Shown here: piece after piece, positions 33,939 to 40,901 of the stretch
Numbering within the stretch: the stretch's first letter is position 1
Layout: every line of letters begins with the position of its first letter
Assembly: GCA_048881705.1 (NCBI GenBank)
Contig: JBHLSH010000028.1
Span: 1 to 40,901, forward strand
Source of the DNA: Candidatus Heimdallarchaeota archaeon
Lineage (GTDB): Archaea; Asgardarchaeota; Heimdallarchaeia; Hodarchaeales; Hodarchaeaceae
Direction: 5' to 3'
Length of the DNA: 40,901 bases
Program-made: the position numbers and the translations under genes
The notes under the pieces: generated by a model
The model's input: only the letters and a program-made list of their open reading frames with translations
The model's database searches: none
What the model was told of the DNA's origin: nothing

Positions 33939-34274
33939 TTACAGGTTATCAATGATTTTTAACGCCTCTAATAACTCCTTTTTCTCTGAGTCCTTTTCCA
34001 CTGGAAGATCAGTTGCCGTAATCGTTGAAGGAGAAGCCTTCTCATCATGGGGTGTTGAGTCGGTATGAGACACTGATTCGTCGTTTAAAGAGGACGATGC
34101 AACCTGAGAGGCCGATTTCAGTGGTAGACCCTGATCAATCGTTATTTTTATGGCGGCAACCTCTTTTTGGAGCAGTGCTAACTTGGTATTTTGCTCCTTC
34201 AGCTGATCACTCAATAATCGGGCTATCTTGGTTAGAGTTTCGATCTTCTTTTCGTTCGTCTCAGGGGATGTCAT
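33939..34274 (-). CDS. Hypothetical protein: coiled coil + low-complexity linker + C-terminal helix
   Basis: 111-aa ORF with an ATG start; heptads IETLTKIARLLSDQLKEQNTKLALLQKEVAAIK; tail KKELLEALKIIDNL. Confidence 0.65.
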   Translation of the reverse strand: MTSPETNEKKIETLTKIARLLSDQLKEQNTKLALLQKEVAAIKITIDQGLPLKSASQVASSSLNDESVSHTDSTPHDEKASPSTITATDLPVEKDSEKKELLEALKIIDNL

Positions 34275-34375
34275 TTAGGTAACCCGATCTAGATTGCAGG
34301 AAGACTCTCTTAAATAGAGTTCCTTACAAGTTCAGACTCAATCTCAGAACAGGTTTTGACTCATTCAACCGAGCC

Positions 34376-35128
34376 TTAAATGATTTTACTGATTTCATCC
34401 ACCAAAAGATCAGCTAATCTTTGAATGTAAAACTCCCCAGCATCCGCTGAAGCTTTTGTCGGATCCCCAAGGATTCCGTTCTCAGTTAATTCTTTCATGC
34501 CATGATCAAATATCAGGGCGATTTCCTTATCACCAAGAGAACCTATATAGCCAGGATCCATTCGTTCTTTGACAATAAATTCTTCAGTTAAACATAACAT
34601 CATAGAGGTCTCGCTTTCACCCGCATGGCCTCCTGATTCTGCTTTTGTAACTCCAAAATTAGCAGAGAATTCCGCAAGCAGATCAAGAAGTCTATTTAGG
34701 TCAGTATAACCCCAAATCCTCACTCCAGGATACAAAGGAGTCAATTCTGTTATGATTTCTTCCGTTATTCTAAAATTCCCGCCATGACTGGGGAACAAGA
34801 GAATTTTCGTAAAGCCATGCCTCACGAGGCTTTCAACATAATCTCTAATGACTGCTTTTAGTGTTGAAGGTTTGAGGGAAATAGTCCCTGGAAAATCTAA
34901 ATGGTGGGCTGAGTTACCCACCTTTATCGTAGGAGCCTGGAGGGTATTTCCCAATTTTATGGCGATTCGATTTGCAACCTCATCTCCCCAAAAAGAGTCC
35001 GTGTATTCAGGTAAATGTGGACCATGCTGTTCAATAGATCCAATACAAAATATTACCTTGTTAAAACCTTTATCTATGGCGTGCTTTATATCTGGCCAGG
35101 CCATTTCCTCGGTTCGAATGGTTTGCAT
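34376..35128 (-). CDS. Creatininase / creatinine amidohydrolase family protein
   Basis: GSIEQHGPHLP..TD, SAHHLDFPGTISL, SHGGN, GGHAGESETS, NGILGDPTKAS...G. Confidence 0.92.
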   Translation of the reverse strand: MQTIRTEEMAWPDIKHAIDKGFNKVIFCIGSIEQHGPHLPEYTDSFWGDEVANRIAIKLGNTLQAPTIKVGNSAHHLDFPGTISLKPSTLKAVIRDYVESLVRHGFTKILLFPSHGGNFRITEEIITELTPLYPGVRIWGYTDLNRLLDLLAEFSANFGVTKAESGGHAGESETSMMLCLTEEFIVKERMDPGYIGSLGDKEIALIFDHGMKELTENGILGDPTKASADAGEFYIQRLADLLVDEISKII

Positions 35129-35281
35129 GATATTTTCTCCTTTGCAAAATATTTCTCCGTTTAGAATCAGCAGGTTAAATTCTCAAGGTTGATGTCTAGT
35201 TGGAAGTTTATTTTTATTCGTATCGATGGTGTATTCAAAATCGATTGTTTTATTTTCTAGTAAAACCCAGAAAATTTTCTC

Positions 35282-37789
35282 TCAGGTAAAAAATTCCATC
35301 AAGTTTACTTGTCCAGATTCTAATTCCTGCCCTGACAGATCTAACGCTCCTAGTAGTTGATCAAAAGTTGAATCAATCATAGTTTTGTAGGCCTTTACAT
35401 CTATTTGTGTTACAGGAGTGACCAGCTCCACTGGCGTAACTCGATCGCCACTCTTGGTTTTAACGAAACGAATTAATGTACCTGCCTTTATTCGGCCTGG
35501 TTGCTTCTTTTCGAGCTGGCGAGCCGCCTTAACATGCTGTGAGTTAACCTTATATCTGTCCAAAGGCATTGTCAATTGCATAGTGATTGCCAGATCTTCA
35601 CTAGTGTATCCTCTTTTCTCCAAGCGTTGATATATCGAGCGAACAAGTTTTTTTACTCTTTCTTTTGCTTCATCAAATTCTTCATTGGAATGTACATGGC
35701 TAAGGATTTTGAGTACATCACGAAATCCTTCCTGTAGGAAAGGTGGTGTGTTACGTTTCTTGCCCATAAGACCTTTAACATCCACTTTGGAATCGGGAAA
35801 CACACCAAAATAGTTCTTTTTAAGTTCAGAGAGAACCATATACCGATAGGTTTTTTCCATTTCCAATCCCACTCCGAGATCGCGCTGACTCCATTGAATA
35901 ATCTCCTCGATCTGTTCTGGAGTTGGAGATAAAAGAAATACCGAATCAGTATCACCGTACAAAACTGTAACTCCCAATTCACGAGCTTTTGCCACAGTTC
36001 TCTCGATGGCATCACGTCCATATGCTGTGGTCGAATCAGCAACAGGAAGACAGTATAATTGAAAACGATCACTACCCAATACACCGTAGGAGGCATTTAT
36101 CAGTACTTTAAGGCTCCGTTCTAGAATTTGCAAGAAATCTCTGTGTGGGGTCTCCTTTTTCGATTCGGGTTTTAACCATTGGACACGAACATCCTTGATA
36201 AACCCTATGATGTCAGAAATAACACCACGTTTTTTCGTGCAGACCCAATAATCTGTTTGAGGGACTTTATTGCTGCGACAATCACCATGCGTACAATTTA
36301 TGGTCTCATAGCTTAGATTAAAAGTTCCAATGATGCTAGGATACAGGGAGGCGAAATCTAAAACTGCAACATCGAAATGGACCCCCGGTACCGGATCAAT
36401 TACCAATGCACCCTTGTACTTTTTCCCCTTTATAAGGGCCTGAGAGCTTGCTATCGATCCTTTTTTTAGTTCTATGTCCTCAGGATTCGGAATGAAGTAT
36501 TTTTTCCGGCGGTGTTCACTATAAAACATACTTCTGACCCAATTAGATACGCTTGTTCTGACCAGATCGTCTAGAGGAGTTCGAGAGATACGGGCTAGTA
36601 TAAAAATGAGATTTAGGGGAGTACGGTTATCAAAGAACAGTAAGTCCAAGGTGATCTTGGCATCCCGAGCGCAGTAATGAATGAGCTCCCATTCGGAAAG
36701 CTGGGCAATTTCCGTTGTGAGGTTGAGCTTTCCTATCCCTAACATGGCTTCTGCGATTGCATCCAGAGTTTCCTCCGTGTAACGATTCCCAAACGCGTAA
36801 GATCGGATTGCTACATTGTGATAGAACCGGTAAGTATCAATATGGATTGCATGAGTGAAGTTACAATCCTTATTCCGACGGTTCCATATAATTGGGCTAG
36901 AACTTCGAATCCCTAGGTGCCTTGCCCGTTCGTGCATATAGGGAAAATCGAAATTGTCTCCATTAAAGGTGACGATCATTGGATAGGCCTTTAGGATTTC
37001 AAAGGCCTTTTTGAGGAGCTCGCGTTCCTCTGTAAAATGAAAGATTTCGATTTCCGGCAGATCATCGGGTCTAAATCCTTTTGAAATTTGCTCGCGTTCG
37101 AGAACTAACGCGGTTCGCTTTCCTTGGCTATCTGCAAAGCAGATACAAATGATCGGAAACTTAGGATCTGTGGGTTGGGGAATCTGGCCGGCAGAATAAT
37201 CAGTCTCAATATCACACGCGATTACCCTCATTTCAGGAATTTCTTGAACAAAATCGTCCTGAAACACCTCAAGCAACCCTTTATATTGAGCCAAATTCTC
37301 TACAACAGCTTTGGGAATTCGCATCCCTGTACTGCTGCTTTGAGAAGGAATAAATCGACTTATTTCAGGATCCCACCAATATTTTCGGCCGGGAACCAAC
37401 TGCACATCGTAAAGCCAATTACGGTGATATTTAATGCGAGATTCCCAAGTTTCCTGGTTAAGTTCTTTTTTGATTATATCTCGAACCTGAGGAACTTCGC
37501 TGGGCGTGGGAGTTACAATGCGCGTGAAATCTCTTTCTATATCATCTAAAAGATCCATTCGAGCAACTGAATCAATTCTTTTGATAACAGGAGACAATGA
37601 GCTAAGTGATGAAATACGATCAATGGTTTCTTTACTATAACAGTACGGTTCATGACCATAAGTATCCGTTACGTAAACTATTTTTTGAGCCTGAACATCT
37701 AATAGTTTTATCCCCGCCCCGTTAGAGTTTGCGTCATAAACTGTGGACAGAAGGAAATAGTCCCGATTTGTAAATAACTGGTCAGACAT
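35282..37789 (-). CDS. polB1: Family B DNA polymerase, PolB1 type
   Basis: Exo DIETD, FNGDNFDFPY, YCARDA; pol DFASLYPSII, KVLINASYG, YGDTDS, KKNYFG, KGLMGKK. NLSYET and LYCLPVA segments are typical of PolB1. No intein. Confidence 0.95.
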   Translation of the reverse strand: MSDQLFTNRDYFLLSTVYDANSNGAGIKLLDVQAQKIVYVTDTYGHEPYCYSKETIDRISSLSSLSPVIKRIDSVARMDLLDDIERDFTRIVTPTPSEVPQVRDIIKKELNQETWESRIKYHRNWLYDVQLVPGRKYWWDPEISRFIPSQSSSTGMRIPKAVVENLAQYKGLLEVFQDDFVQEIPEMRVIACDIETDYSAGQIPQPTDPKFPIICICFADSQGKRTALVLEREQISKGFRPDDLPEIEIFHFTEERELLKKAFEILKAYPMIVTFNGDNFDFPYMHERARHLGIRSSSPIIWNRRNKDCNFTHAIHIDTYRFYHNVAIRSYAFGNRYTEETLDAIAEAMLGIGKLNLTTEIAQLSEWELIHYCARDAKITLDLLFFDNRTPLNLIFILARISRTPLDDLVRTSVSNWVRSMFYSEHRRKKYFIPNPEDIELKKGSIASSQALIKGKKYKGALVIDPVPGVHFDVAVLDFASLYPSIIGTFNLSYETINCTHGDCRSNKVPQTDYWVCTKKRGVISDIIGFIKDVRVQWLKPESKKETPHRDFLQILERSLKVLINASYGVLGSDRFQLYCLPVADSTTAYGRDAIERTVAKARELGVTVLYGDTDSVFLLSPTPEQIEEIIQWSQRDLGVGLEMEKTYRYMVLSELKKNYFGVFPDSKVDVKGLMGKKRNTPPFLQEGFRDVLKILSHVHSNEEFDEAKERVKKLVRSIYQRLEKRGYTSEDLAITMQLTMPLDRYKVNSQHVKAARQLEKKQPGRIKAGTLIRFVKTKSGDRVTPVELVTPVTQIDVKAYKTMIDSTFDQLLGALDLSGQELESGQVNLMEFFT

Positions 37790-37935
37790 TTTTATCCTTT
37801 TTTTTCTACCTGTTGAACTTGAGGTTTATGCTTATCTCCCCTTTCTATAAATTTAATTTCATGTCATAAGCTTTATCGAGGAAAACGTTGCAGGCGGATT
37901 TTCATATGAAAATTCCTCAAGGGGAGGCGATTGAT

Positions 37936-39276
37936 TCAATTGCGAAGTCCAAGCTTGAATATTGAAAAGCCTTCGGTTAGAGTTTTGTGAGGAAACAAAC
38001 GTTGTGCAAATGGAAAATCTGACATAGGTGTGCCAATATAAGGAGCTTGCGGTTTTAGAGTAAAATCTGGATTTTCATCCAAAAACTTCGCGATTACATC
38101 CTCATTTTCCATGGGTAGAAGACTGCATGTAGCATAGACCAGTCGCGAAGTTAGCTTCGGTTTGAGGAGTGCAGATGCCTGGGATAACAAGGCAAGCTGA
38201 AGTTTACTCAGCCATTTCACTTGATGGCGGTTTATCCTCCATTTGGCGTCTGGTCTGGATGAAAAAGTCCCAGTTCCAGAACACGGGGCGTCAACCAGAA
38301 TCTTATCGAACCGAATATGAAAGAGGTTGTTTACGGGTAGCTTTCTCACGTCAGTTAGGAGGGGATAAATGGTACGCAATTCGTACAGTTTAATTTTACG
38401 TGTCAGCTCGGCAATTCTTCTTTCATGATTATCTAGGGCAATAATTCTTCCTTGTTCTTGCTGCAAAGCAGCGATATGAGTTGTTTTACCTCCAGGAGCA
38501 GCGCATACGTCTAAAACCGTTTCTCCAGGTCGAGGATCCAAGATATGGGACACAAGAGCAGATCCTTTGTTTTGGATGTAGTAGAGCCCTTTCTTAAACG
38601 AGGTTAACCGCGGAAGGGGTAATTCCCAATTCACGGCACGAACAATATCATCAAGATCAGGATCTTCTTCCAGGGTGACTCGTTCGTCTCTTAATGTTTG
38701 AATGATCTCATCTTTCGTATGCTTCATAAGATTCAATCTTAGATACGTTGGAAGAATTTTATTATTCGTGGTCAAAATCTGAACAGTAGCTTCACGACCA
38801 TAATACTGAGTGAAATCACGAACTAGCCAAGTAGGATGAGCGAACTGAACGGCTAATCTCTCCTCTGGATCATTGATTGTTAAGAGCAGTTCAGAGAGGT
38901 GCCAATCTTTGAACATTGAATCAAAATCCATCAGTATTTTGGGAAGATTATGGGAGGTGATAGTCTTTAAAACCGCGAGACATCCTGACCGCCATTGTTC
39001 CGTCCTTTGGGATCCTGGGGCAAGCGCAAGAAGATAAATCACCACGCGTAATAAATTTAAGACGGATTCGGGGAGTGCTTCACTCAGGAAACGTTGCACA
39101 TGGATATAGATAAGACGATTGAGGGTGTTTCTATAACGAATGGTTTCAAATGTAAGAGCATTCACCTGTGCATAAAAAGCGGGATCGGTGTGAGAAGATA
39201 AGGTCGGAAAAATCTTCATAGCATTCCTAAGAGATACCTGATTTTTTTCAAGGTGGGTCAAAATTGCGGCGACCAT
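37936..39276 (-). CDS. RsmB/NOP2-family RNA m5C methyltransferase
   Basis: VLDVCAAPGGKTTH, ILVDAPCSGTG, VYATCSL..ENEDVI, RLFPH..EGFSIFKL. The frame stays open upstream to a CTG at 39336. Confidence 0.93.
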   Translation of the reverse strand: MVAAILTHLEKNQVSLRNAMKIFPTLSSHTDPAFYAQVNALTFETIRYRNTLNRLIYIHVQRFLSEALPESVLNLLRVVIYLLALAPGSQRTEQWRSGCLAVLKTITSHNLPKILMDFDSMFKDWHLSELLLTINDPEERLAVQFAHPTWLVRDFTQYYGREATVQILTTNNKILPTYLRLNLMKHTKDEIIQTLRDERVTLEEDPDLDDIVRAVNWELPLPRLTSFKKGLYYIQNKGSALVSHILDPRPGETVLDVCAAPGGKTTHIAALQQEQGRIIALDNHERRIAELTRKIKLYELRTIYPLLTDVRKLPVNNLFHIRFDKILVDAPCSGTGTFSSRPDAKWRINRHQVKWLSKLQLALLSQASALLKPKLTSRLVYATCSLLPMENEDVIAKFLDENPDFTLKPQAPYIGTPMSDFPFAQRLFPHKTLTEGFSIFKLGLRN

Positions 39277-39346
39277 ACGGATAATAGTTTCTGTACTCGG
39301 GGGATCCTTTGGTTTAGCCAGAATTAACTTCTCCAGTTTTTCTGCC

Positions 39347-40447
39347 CTATTTATCTTTCTCTTGTCGTTTAACCACCAGGATATCAGAAAGCCATATCCC
39401 TAGGAATGTTTCCCCCTCGCTCAGGCGAGGAAGAAAACGTATTTCAACAAAGCGTGTTTCGAAGGTGGAAGTATCCATAATCTGGGCCATTTCATTATCA
39501 TGTTCAAAATTCACCAACTGAAAACGGGTGAACTCCTGGTCAACTGTTTGAATTGTTGCTTCTCGAAACTGTTTCACTGGACTACTCTGGTGCCTGCTTT
39601 GTTTGAAATCCCAATAATCCACCTTAAAATCTCGAAATCCAAGAATTTGGACTGGATCCCCGTTATAGATGATGATCTCATCTGCTTCGTATGGTGGTAA
39701 ATCCACCAACACAACATGCCTCCGTGGATATTCCCGAGATCGCGATTTATCAAAACCTGCAAATTCAGTGGTAGTACTCAAAATACCGCCGCGATTCCTT
39801 GCGAATTCTCGAGCTACTGCCAATGCGGGTGATCGGGTTTGAAATAGGGCATCGATTCCAGTCTTAAGTACATTAATTCGGAATAATGGATTCTTGCCAT
39901 CTCTTAGGGGGTAATTCTGGCTTAGCATGGTTATTTCTTCATTCCACTGAGACAAGTGTTCTGGGCTGATTCTCTGATGTGTACGAACTTGAATCTTTGC
40001 ATTATATCGACCTGAAGCCCGTTCTCGACATTCAGTACATTCTCCCCATTCTAATTTGATATATAGCTCTTCAGTTGATCCTAGAAGTGGTACAAAAGCA
40101 TCTGGACTTGCTTGTATCTCCACATATCCAGTAGCAGCAATAGGATCACGACTCTCTTCATCGATAACTGTTTCTACTTCCTTGACCACCAAAGAGGTGG
40201 GTTTATACTGAAAACGCCAGAGCTTCAATATCAATGAGGAAAACCATTGTTTAACTTCTGGATTTTCGATTTCATCTAGGAAAAACGTGGACCACTGTTT
40301 TCCTGCGAAAAGGAGACCGCACTCACCACAAACCACCACTGAAAGGGGTTTTGTATCCAAAATAATGGGATGGTTTTCCAAAAAGCATTGCTTGCACATT
40401 CTTTGAAAAAATACCGTTCTTAATCCACAAGCAATGCAGCGAGACAA
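39347..40447 (-). CDS. nmd3: 60S ribosomal export protein NMD3 homolog
   Basis: CIACG, CKQC, CGECG, CTECR..SGRYNAKIQVR Zn-binding pattern plus a C-terminal eIF5A-like region. Confidence 0.88.
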   Translation of the reverse strand: MSRCIACGLRTVFFQRMCKQCFLENHPIILDTKPLSVVVCGECGLLFAGKQWSTFFLDEIENPEVKQWFSSLILKLWRFQYKPTSLVVKEVETVIDEESRDPIAATGYVEIQASPDAFVPLLGSTEELYIKLEWGECTECRERASGRYNAKIQVRTHQRISPEHLSQWNEEITMLSQNYPLRDGKNPLFRINVLKTGIDALFQTRSPALAVAREFARNRGGILSTTTEFAGFDKSRSREYPRRHVVLVDLPPYEADEIIIYNGDPVQILGFRDFKVDYWDFKQSRHQSSPVKQFREATIQTVDQEFTRFQLVNFEHDNEMAQIMDTSTFETRFVEIRFLPRLSEGETFLGIWLSDILVVKRQEKDK

Positions 40448-40490
40448 TGATTGAACCCCTTCAATCTAGTAATTGTTTATCGTATAATTT

Positions 40491-40871
40491 TTAAATTGGA
40501 GGAATGGAGAAGATCAAAAGATGAGGAATCCTTTTACCATCCGATGTTTTGAACCAAACACAAGCTTCCTCTGTAATCACCTGCTTTTGAATAGCAAGCT
40601 CTAAAACTGAGCCAAAAGCATTAATATTACCGTAATTTCGAAATAAGGCTAACGCATCATCTGCTGAAATTTCCTGACCAAGATAGAACTGTTCCGAAAT
40701 CTTTACACGCGCCCTATCATTTGAAATGGTCTGTCCTAACAGGGAAAAATCACAAACGGCGAGGATTTCGGATCGATTTCGTCTATGAATCTTGAACACG
40801 ATACGTGTTGGGCCAGAATCCTCATTAGAACCCTCTAGGGATTCTTCATTTGACTGCACTGCGGGCACCAC
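40491..40871 (-). CDS. DUF424 family protein
   Basis: KIHRR...ILAVCD..LLG......VKISEQFYLG, NINAFG; usual neighbour of nmd3. Confidence 0.85.
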   Translation of the reverse strand: MVPAVQSNEESLEGSNEDSGPTRIVFKIHRRNRSEILAVCDFSLLGQTISNDRARVKISEQFYLGQEISADDALALFRNYGNINAFGSVLELAIQKQVITEEACVWFKTSDGKRIPHLLIFSIPPI

Positions 40872-40901
40872 ACGCCTCGCACTGTTTTTGCAGGATTCTC
40901 C

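Noticed and set aside
35282-37789. Intein in PolB
   Set aside because: Length (835 aa) and continuous motifs leave no room; no Hint motifs.

Overview
A gene-dense archaeal housekeeping region with about 48 CDS. I found no tRNA, rRNA, CRISPR array or intact mobile element. Markers include TBP, TFB, Rpo7, Spt4, Kae1, Bud32, S24e, S27ae, S8e, Gar1, Sec61beta, NMD3 and a PolB1-type polymerase. PolB1 together with TRAP-beta-like, Get3-like and RPA32-like genes and several proline-rich coiled-coil proteins suggests an Asgard archaeon, possibly Heimdallarchaeia/Hodarchaeales (inference). Three genes missing from the ORF track were found by reading the sequence: a GT2 glycosyltransferase running off the left edge, rps27ae, and a 48-aa membrane peptide upstream of a NapH-like 4Fe-4S gene. 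The best leads are: (1) a 232-aa protein built like a WAVE/WASH/VASP-type actin regulator (coiled coil, polyproline/FPPPP, amphipathic helix plus acidic Trp tail), or alternatively an ESCRT MIM-bearing adaptor; (2) an apparently catalytically dead LAGLIDADG domain fused to a coiled coil and a wHTH; (3) a TRAP-beta-like gene head-to-head with a Get3-like ATPase; (4) a cofE-folP-flavin split-barrel operon that may be a non-canonical folate route; (5) a hairpin-rich, possibly switchable RNA element between rpo7 and hppA. All family assignments rest on motifs recognised by eye; no database searches were run.
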